From the NCBI GenBank assembly GCA_040255145.1, contig JBDZUN010000004.1, forward strand, positions 1 through 41,046: a stretch of 41,046 nt of DNA. The letters are read 5' to 3'. The translations under genes and the position numbers were made by a program. The notes below the pieces were generated by a model, which was given only the letters and a program-made list of their open reading frames with translations, was not told the origin of the DNA and did not search any database. Numbering within the stretch: position 1 is the first letter of the stretch; every line of letters starts with the position of its first letter. The stretch is from Hyphomicrobiales bacterium. GTDB taxonomy: Bacteria; Pseudomonadota; Alphaproteobacteria; JBDZUN01. This document shows positions 9,165 through 17,065 of this stretch, piece after piece.

Positions 9165-11237
9165 ATGGGCCGGCGCCGCAAGATCGCCGTCGCCGCGGCA
9201 TGCTGTGGGCTGATCGTGCTCGCGGCCGTCGGCGGCCTGCGGCTTGCGGTTGGCATGGCCGCCGTGCCGCCGGCGCCGGTCGCTTCCTCCGTGGTACTCG
9301 ACCGTCACGGCGCGCTGATGCGCGCCTATACGGTGGCGGACGGCATCTGGCGGCTGCCGACCACAGTCGACGATGTCGACCCGCTGGTCGTCCGCATGCT
9401 GCTGGCCTACGAGGACCACCGCTTTTGGCAGCACCACGGTGTCGATGTCCGGGCCGTCGCGCGCGCGGCATTCCAGTTCATGACCCATGGCCGCATCGTG
9501 TCGGGCGGCTCGACCCTGACCATGCAGGTGGCGCGGCTGCAGGGTGAGGGGACGACCCGCTCGGTCGCCGGCAAGCTCGGCCAGATGGTCGGCGCGCTGG
9601 CGCTGGAGCGGCACGCGACCAAGCGCGAGATCCTCGACCGCTACCTGACGCTCGCGCCCTATGGCGGCAACCTGGAAGGCTTGCGCGCCGCGTCGCTCGC
9701 CTATTTCGGCAAGGAGCCGCGCCGGTTGAGCGTGGCCGAAGCGGCGCTCCTGGTCGCGCTGCCCCAGGCGCCGGAGGACCGCCGCCCCGATCGGCACCCG
9801 GCGGCGGCGCGGGCGGCGCGCGACCATGTCCTGGTCCGCGCCCTGGCCGAAGGCGTGATCGACGGGGCCGGCGCGGCGGCGGCGCGCCGAGCGCCGATCC
9901 CGCGGCAGCGCCGGCCCTTTCCGATGCTGGCGCCGCAGCTTGCCGACCGCGTCGTCGCCGCGGCGTCGGGCCGGGCGGCATACCGCCTGACGCTCGACGC
10001 CGACCTGCAGCGCGGGCTCCAGGCGCTGGCCGCCGAGCGCGCCGCCGCGATCGACCCCGCCGCCTCCGCCGCGATCGTGGTCGCCGACCACCGGACCGGG
10101 GCGATCCTGGCCTCGGTCGGCTCCGCCGGCTTCTTCGATGCCGCGCGCGCCGGCTATATCGACATGACGGACGCGCTGCGCTCGCCCGGATCGACGTTGA
10201 AGCCGCTGATCTACGGGCTGGGGTTCGAGCTCGGCCTGGCGCATCCCGAAAGCTTGGTCGACGACCGGCCGACCGCCTTCGCCGGCTATGCGCCCGAGAA
10301 TTACGATCGCGCCTTCCACGGCACGGTGACGGTACGGCAGGCGCTCCAGGCGTCGCTCAACGTGCCGGCGGTCATCATGCTCGACCTGGTCGGTCCGGCG
10401 CGCCTCGCCGCGCGGATGAAGCGGGCCGGGACCCACCCGGTGATCCCGGACTTGAGCCCGCCGGGCCTCGCCATCGGCCTCGGCGGCCTGGGCGTGACCC
10501 TGCGCGACCTGACAACGCTCTATGCCGCGCTGGCCCGCGGCGGGAGTGCCGTCACACTCTACGACACCCTGCCGCCGCCGCCCGGCGCCGGGCCGCTGCC
10601 CCAGCGCCGAGTGCTGGACGAGCGGGCCGCCTGGTACGTCTCCGACATTCTGGCCGGGGCGCCGGTGCCGCTCAACCGGCTCGGCGGGCGGATCGCCTTC
10701 AAGACCGGCACCTCCTACGGCCACCGCGACGCCTGGGCGGTCGGCTATGACGGGCGGATCGTGGTCGGCGTCTGGCTCGGCCGGGCCGACAGCGCGCCGG
10801 TGGCGGGCCTTGCCGGCATCGACGCCGCCGCGCCGCTCCTGTTCGACGTGTTCGCGCGGGCCGGCCGGCCGGCGCCGCTGCGCCAGGCGCCGCCCGGCAT
10901 CCTCAGGGCCGCGACCCCCGCGCTGCCGCCGCCGCTGCGCCGGGTTGAAATGCGCCGCGTCGCCGCCGGATCGGGGGATTCGCCGGGGCCGGAGATCGCC
11001 TTCCCGCCCGACGGCGCGCGCGTCGACCTGGCAATGGGCGGGCCGGACGGCGGGATGCTGGTGGTCAAGGTGCGCAACGGGACCGGCCCGTTTACCTTCT
11101 TCCTGGACGGCGCGCCGGTGGCGGAAGAACCGTTCCTGCGCCAGGCGGCCGTGCGCGCAACGGGCGAGGGCTTCGCCACCATCGCGGTGGTCGACGGCGA
11201 GGGCCGGTCGGCGCGTGTCCGTGTGTTCGTGCGATAG
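9165..11237 (+). CDS. pbpC: Penicillin-binding protein 1C (bifunctional glycosyltransferase/transpeptidase)
   Basis: ATG 9165 is preceded by AGGAGG. Carries the GT51 motif EDHRFWQHHGVD and the transpeptidase motifs STLK, SLN and KTGTS. Has an N-terminal membrane anchor and sits directly after the alpha-2-macroglobulin gene. Confidence 0.9.
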   Translation: MGRRRKIAVAAACCGLIVLAAVGGLRLAVGMAAVPPAPVASSVVLDRHGALMRAYTVADGIWRLPTTVDDVDPLVVRMLLAYEDHRFWQHHGVDVRAVARAAFQFMTHGRIVSGGSTLTMQVARLQGEGTTRSVAGKLGQMVGALALERHATKREILDRYLTLAPYGGNLEGLRAASLAYFGKEPRRLSVAEAALLVALPQAPEDRRPDRHPAAARAARDHVLVRALAEGVIDGAGAAAARRAPIPRQRRPFPMLAPQLADRVVAAASGRAAYRLTLDADLQRGLQALAAERAAAIDPAASAAIVVADHRTGAILASVGSAGFFDAARAGYIDMTDALRSPGSTLKPLIYGLGFELGLAHPESLVDDRPTAFAGYAPENYDRAFHGTVTVRQALQASLNVPAVIMLDLVGPARLAARMKRAGTHPVIPDLSPPGLAIGLGGLGVTLRDLTTLYAALARGGSAVTLYDTLPPPPGAGPLPQRRVLDERAAWYVSDILAGAPVPLNRLGGRIAFKTGTSYGHRDAWAVGYDGRIVVGVWLGRADSAPVAGLAGIDAAAPLLFDVFARAGRPAPLRQAPPGILRAATPALPPPLRRVEMRRVAAGSGDSPGPEIAFPPDGARVDLAMGGPDGGMLVVKVRNGTGPFTFFLDGAPVAEEPFLRQAAVRATGEGFATIAVVDGEGRSARVRVFVR

Positions 11238-11249
11238 AGATAGACCGCG

Positions 11250-11876
11250 ATGAACCGGCCCTCGCCGCTGCAGAACCGCGTGACGCCGTTTGGCGAGATC
11301 GTCGCCGTGGGCGAGCGCGGCCTGTTCACCGGCAATCGCGGCATCCTGCACGATCCGGCGACCCGCACTCTGCTCAAGCGGCGCTGGACCAACAAGGCGT
11401 GGATCATCTGCCTGTGCAGCTTCAAGGGATGGCATCGGGTGGTGATGGGCGGAAGAAGCTGGACGGAGCTGTTCTTCCTCGACGAGGCGACCGCGCTCGC
11501 CGCCGGGCATCGGCCGTGCTTCACGTGCCGGCGGGCCGAAGCGGAGGCCTTCCGCGCGGCCTGGGCGGCGGGCAACGGCGGCGCCCGTCCGCGCGCGCCT
11601 GAGATGGACGCCGTGCTCCATGCCGAGCGCCTGGCGGACCGGAAGAAGCGCACCCATCCGCTGGAGCAACCCATCGCGGCGCTGCCCGACGGCGCAATGG
11701 TCGCGGCCGAAGGCGAAAGCTATGCCGTGGTCGGCGGCCGGCCGCTGCGCTGGTCGTTTTCCGGCTACATGCCCGTTGCAAACTTCCCCGAACGCACCGT
11801 GCTGGTGACACCGCCGTCGACCGTGCGCGCACTCGCCGCCGGCTATCGCCCACTGCTTCACCCCAGCGCCGGATAG
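11250..11876 (+). CDS. Hypothetical protein with a Cys4 (CxC...CxxC) putative zinc site
   Basis: The 208-aa ORF starts with ATG and has high GC3. Cys54/Cys56 (IICLCS) and Cys90/Cys93 (RPCFTCRR) could form a zinc site. The segment FFLDEATALAAGHRPCFTCRR resembles the end of the Ada-type zinc-binding domain; this resemblance is from memory only. Confidence 0.55.
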   Translation: MNRPSPLQNRVTPFGEIVAVGERGLFTGNRGILHDPATRTLLKRRWTNKAWIICLCSFKGWHRVVMGGRSWTELFFLDEATALAAGHRPCFTCRRAEAEAFRAAWAAGNGGARPRAPEMDAVLHAERLADRKKRTHPLEQPIAALPDGAMVAAEGESYAVVGGRPLRWSFSGYMPVANFPERTVLVTPPSTVRALAAGYRPLLHPSAG

Positions 11877-11912
11877 GACCACGCGACAGGGGTGCGATGG
11901 ATCGGCCGCGAC

Positions 11913-12287
11913 CTACCCTGCGAAGGCTGTCGTGGACAGGAGCGCGATCTCGGCGTGGCGGGAATCGAGCCGGGTGTGCTGCACGACGATCGGCACGTCG
12001 GATTCGATGACCGAGGAATAGTCCGTTCCGCGCGGCACCGGCGCCGGATCGGTCAGGTCGTTGAACCGGACATGCAGGGTGCGCCGCGCCGGCACCTCGA
12101 CCCGATAGGGTCCGACCGGCTCGCGATCGACGAAGAACAGCGTGATCGCGACATGCGCCGCCGCGTCGCCGGCATTCAGGATGCAGGCGGTCTCGTGGCT
12201 GATCAGGGTCCGGTCGGCGCCGGCCATGCTGTCCGCGGGGATGTAGCCTTCGGCGATGGCCCAGCGGGTATGTCCAATCGGCTTCAT
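11913..12287 (-). CDS. Sensory rhodopsin transducer (ASRT)-like small beta-sandwich protein
   Basis: ATG at 12287 (MKPIGHTRWAIAEGY) is preceded by GAGGA; the codon listed in the track at 12320 is TTG. The 124-aa product carries the motifs WAIAEGYIP, ISHETxCILNAGD, EPVGPYR, VPARRTxHVRFNDLxDPAP and VPIVVQHTRLDSR. These match my memory of the Anabaena ASRT family. Confidence 0.72.
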   Translation of the reverse strand: MKPIGHTRWAIAEGYIPADSMAGADRTLISHETACILNAGDAAAHVAITLFFVDREPVGPYRVEVPARRTLHVRFNDLTDPAPVPRGTDYSSVIESDVPIVVQHTRLDSRHAEIALLSTTAFAG

Positions 12288-12564
12288 GTCGCGTCCTCGA
12301 ATGGTTGCTACAGTCTTCAAACCCGCGAGCGGCGGAGGTGGCCCCGGTCCGGGGGCGGCGAATCCGCCGGGCGGCCACGGTGGACCCGAACCGCGACGCC
12401 GCGCTCGCGCAAGGGGACGATACGCCGCAGCGGCGCTGCTGCACCGGCCGCCGCCTGGGGCGTGCCCGGCGGAGGTCGGAGACCGGGGCCTTGGCCACGT
12501 TCCAAAGATCGGGATCGCGGGCTATCGTTGCGGCGATTGGGCAACCGCACCGGGGGAGGTCGCC

Positions 12565-13296
12565 GTGCCGCTCGAATCCTGGTCCTGCGCCGCACCCAGC
12601 TTCGACCGCGCGCTCGACCGGCTGGCCGAGGAAGCCTCGGCGTTGGGATTTGACGCGGTCGACTACGCGTTCATGCCGCGGGCGCGCACGCCGGACGGCG
12701 GCTTCAGCGCGCCGGACATAGAATCGCGCAACCTGCCGCCGGACTGGAAGCCCGGCTGGGCGCGCTATTGCCGCGAAGACCCGTACCTGTGGACCTGCTA
12801 TCGGCGCAACCTGCCGCTCGATTGGGACGAGGTCAAAGGCGCCGCGTGGCTTTCCGACACCCAGAAGCAGGCGATCGCCTATATTGACGGCCTCGGGTTC
12901 CTGGACGGCGTCACCGTGCCGATCCACCTGGTGGGCGGCAGCTTCGCCTTCGTCAGCGGCATGGCGCGGCCGCGTCACGGAGCCTGGCGCGCGCAGCAGG
13001 CCTGGGCGACGGAAAAGCTGTTCGTGCTTGCGCACACCTTCCATGCGGCGGTGGCCCGCCATGTCGGCGGCTCCGGCGGCGAGCGTCCGGTCGCGCTCTC
13101 GCCGCGCGAGTGCGACGTGCTGCACCACGCCGCCCGCGGCCTCAGCGCGCCGGAGACGGCGCGGCTCATGCACCGCTCGGTCGAGACGGTGCGGCGCCAG
13201 CGCAAGTCGGCGATGGACAAGCTCGACGCGCACACCATCGCCCACGCCGTCGCGCGCGCGGTGTCGCTCGGCCTGGTCGAGCCGCCCCTGCATTGA
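12565..13296 (+). CDS. LuxR-family transcriptional regulator with an autoinducer-binding-like N-terminal domain (LuxR solo within this window)
   Basis: GTG 12565 lies 5 nt after GGGGGAGG. The upstream part of ORF 12256.. is low-complexity and antisense to the ASRT gene. The N-domain has WARYCREDPYLW and GLGFLDGVTVPIH, which look like autoinducer-binding motifs. The C-terminus has a LuxR HTH: LSPRECDVLHHAARGLSAPETARLMHRSVETVRRQRKSAMDKL. Confidence 0.72.
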   Translation: MPLESWSCAAPSFDRALDRLAEEASALGFDAVDYAFMPRARTPDGGFSAPDIESRNLPPDWKPGWARYCREDPYLWTCYRRNLPLDWDEVKGAAWLSDTQKQAIAYIDGLGFLDGVTVPIHLVGGSFAFVSGMARPRHGAWRAQQAWATEKLFVLAHTFHAAVARHVGGSGGERPVALSPRECDVLHHAARGLSAPETARLMHRSVETVRRQRKSAMDKLDAHTIAHAVARAVSLGLVEPPLH

Positions 13297-13306
13297 CCGA
13301 AGGCCG

Positions 13307-13324
13307 ATGACCCGTTCGGGTCAT
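13307..13324 (+). terminator. Short hairpin after the LuxR gene (ATGACCC-GTTC-GGGTCAT)
   Basis: Inverted repeat read directly from the sequence: a 7-bp stem with a 4-nt loop. It is followed by TGTT only, so the U-tract is weak. Confidence 0.3.
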
Positions 13325-13397
13325 TGTTCCTCCGTCGTCCGCATTCCATGATCGGCGCAACCGCGATTGCGGACTGCAAAGACAGGGAGGCCCGATC

Positions 13398-14837
13398 ATG
13401 ATCATTGCAGAATACGGGAAGTATGACGGTCTGGGGTTGGCAGAGCTGGTGCGCCGCAAGGAGGTCACGCCGGAAGACCTGGTGGACAGCGCTATCGACG
13501 CGATCGGGCGGCTGAACCCCCAGATCAACTGCGTCGTGCAGCAATTGCGCGACCATGCGCTCGGGCAGATCAAGGCCGGCCTGCCCTACGGCCCGTTCCG
13601 CGGCGTGCCGCTCCTGGTCAAGGAGTTCGGCATGCACTTCAAGGGCATGGTGTCGTCCGGTGGCTCGCGCATGGCCGCAGGCTTCCGCCACGATCACGAC
13701 ACCGTGATGATGGAACGCTGCCACGCCGCCGGCATGGTCACCGTCGGCACCACCACCACGCCGGAGATGGCGTTCAACGCCGCGAGCGAGGCGCTGCTGT
13801 ACGGCCCGACGCGCAATCCCTGGAACCTGGATTATTCGGTCGGCGGATCGTCCGGCGGCGCCGGCGCCGCGGTCGGTAGCGGCATGGTGCCGATCGCCCA
13901 CGCCAATGACGGCGCCGGCTCGATCCGCATCCCGGGCGCCTGCAACGGCGTGGTCGGCATGAAGCCCTCGCGTGGGCGCACCCCCGGCGGACCCGATTTC
14001 GGCATGCTGCTGTGGGGACTGGCCGTGGAGTTCTTCGAGACGCGCAGCGTGCGCGATTCGGCCGCCATGCTCGACGCCGTCGCCGGGCCTGACGAGGGCT
14101 ATTTCTACACCGCGCCGCCGCCGCGCCGCGGCTTCCTGACCGCGGCCCTGACGCCGCCGGGCCGCCTGCGCATCGGAGTGGTCGAAAGGCTGCCGGGCGG
14201 CTGCGCCACCGCGGCCGAGAACCTGGAGCGCCTGGCCGACACGCGCAAGCTGCTGGAGGAGCTCGGGCATATCTGCGAGCCGCTCCGCATCGAATACGAC
14301 GCCGAGACGTTCAATGCATCGTCCGTGCCGCTCTGGGCCACGACCCTCGGCTATTTCATGGACCTGTTCTCGCACGCCACCGGCCGCCCGGTCGGGCCGG
14401 ACAATACCGAGGCCGTGACGCTCGCCGTCTACCAGTACGGCCAGTCGCTGAAGGCGTTCGAGCTGGAGGCGGCGATGGCGCAGCAGAACGCCATCGCGCG
14501 CCAAGTCGCGGCGCAGATTCGCGATTATGATGTGCTGCTGACGCCGGCGCTGGCGCGCGACGTGGCGAAGATCGGCGAGCTCGACCAGAACGCGCAGAAC
14601 GTCGACATGCTGGCCTGGTGGCAGCAGATCATCCAGGACTATTCGCCGTTCACGCCGCTGTTCAACACGACCGGACAGCCGGCGGTCATGCTGCCGCTGT
14701 GGCAGGCGAAATCGGGTCTGCCGCTCTCCATGCAGTTCGTCGGACGCCCCGGCGACGAGGAGACGCTATACAGCCTGGCCGGGCAGTTGGAGCAGGCCCT
14801 GCCGTGGACGGATCGCCGGCCGCCGCACTACGCCTGA
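13398..14837 (+). CDS. Amidase-signature family amidase
   Basis: ATG 13398 is preceded by GGGAGG. The 479-aa product carries the amidase-signature core GGSSGGAGAAVGSGMVPIAHANDGAGSIRIPGACNGVVGMKPSRGR. Confidence 0.85.
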   Translation: MIIAEYGKYDGLGLAELVRRKEVTPEDLVDSAIDAIGRLNPQINCVVQQLRDHALGQIKAGLPYGPFRGVPLLVKEFGMHFKGMVSSGGSRMAAGFRHDHDTVMMERCHAAGMVTVGTTTTPEMAFNAASEALLYGPTRNPWNLDYSVGGSSGGAGAAVGSGMVPIAHANDGAGSIRIPGACNGVVGMKPSRGRTPGGPDFGMLLWGLAVEFFETRSVRDSAAMLDAVAGPDEGYFYTAPPPRRGFLTAALTPPGRLRIGVVERLPGGCATAAENLERLADTRKLLEELGHICEPLRIEYDAETFNASSVPLWATTLGYFMDLFSHATGRPVGPDNTEAVTLAVYQYGQSLKAFELEAAMAQQNAIARQVAAQIRDYDVLLTPALARDVAKIGELDQNAQNVDMLAWWQQIIQDYSPFTPLFNTTGQPAVMLPLWQAKSGLPLSMQFVGRPGDEETLYSLAGQLEQALPWTDRRPPHYA

Positions 14838-15012
14838 CGCCTCCGCCCGCCTGCCGCCCGGCCCCGCCGCCGGGTTGCAGCCCGATTCGCACGCCTTCGC
14901 CGCAGTACGGCGGCGGTCCTGGCGCAAGGATCGCGGCCGTGCGCGGCGGGCGCTGGCGCGCCGACCCGCGAAATGCTCCATAATCGCCGGAACGGCTGCG
15001 GGGGAGAGAGCA

Positions 15013-17037
15013 TTGCTGCGGGTTGGAATCGATGTTGGCGGCACGTTCACGGACCTGTTCGCCTTCGACCGGGACACCGGCGAGGTGCGGACAGCGAAGG
15101 TCCTGACCACCAAGACCAACCTGGTCGACGGGGTGTTCGGGGCGCTCAAGGCGGCGGATATCGAGCCGTCGCAGATGCTGGAATTCATCGGCCAGGGCAG
15201 CACCACGGCGACCAACGCGCTGATCGAGCGCAACTTCCCGCCCGCTGCACTGATCACGACCGAGGGCTTTCGCGACACGATCGAGATCGGCCGCCAGCGC
15301 CGCGCCCACCTCTATGACCCCTATCAGGTCAAGGAACGGCCGCTGATCCCGCGGCGGATGCGCTTCACGGTGGACGAGCGGCTGTCCGCAAGCGGCGAGG
15401 TGGTTCGTCCGCTCGACCGTACACGGACGAAGGCGGTAATCGACCGTGCGCTGGCGATGGGCGCGCAGAGCTTCGCGGTCGCCTTCATCAACGCCTATGC
15501 TGACGGCCGCCATGAGCGGGAGGCGCGCGACCTGATCGCCGAGGTCGCCCCCGGCGTGCCGGTCGCGATCTCCAGCGAGACCCGGCCGGTGTTCCGCGAG
15601 CTTGGCCGTTTCACCACCACGGTCATCCGCGCCGCCCTGCTGCCGGTCATGGCAAGTTACTTCGAGCGGCTGGAGCAGGCCCTGCGCGAACGCGGCTTCG
15701 CCGGCACGCTGACGATCATCAAGTCGAACGGCGGCACCATGGCGGTGCAGGCGGCCAAGGAGCGGCCGGAGGAATTGTTGGAATCCGGCCCTGCCGGCGG
15801 CGTGGCCTATGCCGCGCTGCTGTCGCGCACCGTGGCGCGGCAAACGAACATCATTCACACCGACATGGGCGGCACCTCGTTCGACGTGTCGGTGGTCGAG
15901 GACGGCGCCGGCCTGATCACGCACGAGCACGATTTGGGCTGGGACGTGCCGCTGATCACGCCGATGCTCGACATCCGCAGCGTCGGCTCCGGCGGTGGCT
16001 CGATCGCCTGGATCGATGGCGGCGGCTCGCTGCGCGTCGGGCCGCGCAGCGCCGGCGCCGATCCCGGGCCGGTCTGCTATGGCCGCGGCGGCGCCGAGGC
16101 GACCGTGACCGACGCCAACCTCGTGCTCGGCCGGCTCGAAGCGACGCTGGGGGGCAAGTTCGACCTCGACATCGAGGCGGCGCGGCGCGCGATCGCGGCG
16201 GTGGGCGAGCGCGTCGGGCTCGACCCGGTCGCGGCGGCCGAGGGCATCGTCGCCATCTGCAACGAGAACATGGCCCAGGCGATCCGCGCCGCGCTGGCCG
16301 ATCGCGGGCGCGACCCGCGCGACTTCGCGCTGGCCAGCTTCGGCGGCGCCGGCGGCATGCACGCCTGCTGGATCGCGCGCTCGCTCGGCGTTCCGGTCGT
16401 GATCGTGCCGGCCTATGCCGGCGTCGCCTCCGCCTTCGGCGCGACCCAGATGGACATCCGCTACGACATCGAGCGGTTCTATTACAAGCCGCTGCACGAC
16501 GCCGACCCGGCCGCGCTGGAGGACGAATTCGGCGCATTGGAGCGCGACGGCGCCGACCTGATCGGGCGCGAGGGCCTGAGCGCCGATTCGATCCGGTTCG
16601 AGCGCACCGCGCAGATGCGCTATGAGGGCCAGAGCTACGAGGTGCTGACGCCGCTCGACACCGGGCCGATCGCCACGCTCGAGCCCATCGCCAAAAGCTT
16701 TCACGAAGCGCACCTGCGCGAATACGGCGTCGCGTCGGAGGATTTCGCGCCGGCCTTCGTCAGCCTGGGGGTCGCGGCGATCGGCGCGGTGCAGCATTTC
16801 CGTCCGGCACCGCAGCGCAGCGACGAGGCGGTGGCGCGCCTGCCGCTCAAAGGCGAGCGCCCGGTGGTGTTCGACGGCACGGCGCGCCCGACGCCGGTCT
16901 ACGACGCCCGCCAGCTCATTCCCGGCGCGCGCATCCAGGGGCCGGCGGTGCTGGAGCACGCGCATTCCTGCACCGTGCTACCGCCGGGTTCCGATGCCGT
17001 GATCGACCCGGAGAGCAATCTGATCATCACCGTGTAG
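15013..17037 (+). CDS. Hydantoinase/oxoprolinase family, A subunit (HyuA-like)
   Basis: TTG 15013 follows GGGGAGAGAG. This gives an N-terminus LLRVGIDVGGTFTD, typical of Hydantoinase_A proteins. The start listed in the track at 14875 is also TTG and adds 46 low-complexity residues. Confidence 0.82.
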   Translation: MLRVGIDVGGTFTDLFAFDRDTGEVRTAKVLTTKTNLVDGVFGALKAADIEPSQMLEFIGQGSTTATNALIERNFPPAALITTEGFRDTIEIGRQRRAHLYDPYQVKERPLIPRRMRFTVDERLSASGEVVRPLDRTRTKAVIDRALAMGAQSFAVAFINAYADGRHEREARDLIAEVAPGVPVAISSETRPVFRELGRFTTTVIRAALLPVMASYFERLEQALRERGFAGTLTIIKSNGGTMAVQAAKERPEELLESGPAGGVAYAALLSRTVARQTNIIHTDMGGTSFDVSVVEDGAGLITHEHDLGWDVPLITPMLDIRSVGSGGGSIAWIDGGGSLRVGPRSAGADPGPVCYGRGGAEATVTDANLVLGRLEATLGGKFDLDIEAARRAIAAVGERVGLDPVAAAEGIVAICNENMAQAIRAALADRGRDPRDFALASFGGAGGMHACWIARSLGVPVVIVPAYAGVASAFGATQMDIRYDIERFYYKPLHDADPAALEDEFGALERDGADLIGREGLSADSIRFERTAQMRYEGQSYEVLTPLDTGPIATLEPIAKSFHEAHLREYGVASEDFAPAFVSLGVAAIGAVQHFRPAPQRSDEAVARLPLKGERPVVFDGTARPTPVYDARQLIPGARIQGPAVLEHAHSCTVLPPGSDAVIDPESNLIITV

Positions 17038-17065
17038 AATGCCCCATTCGACAGGGAGGTCGGCC

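Noticed and set aside
4456-11882. Long minus-strand ORFs (4456..7266, 7351..9471, 9024..11882) antisense to the a2m, pbpC and hypothetical genes.
   Set aside because: Their translations are dominated by R/A/G/P/D runs with no domain-like motifs. They are mirror frames of strongly supported genes, which is typical of GC-rich DNA.
12256-12564. The longer LuxR start (ATG 12256), giving a 346-aa protein.
   Set aside because: The extra 103 residues are Gly/Pro/Arg/Ala low-complexity and overlap the ASRT-like gene start in antisense. GTG 12565 has a strong SD and gives a typical LuxR length of about 244 aa.
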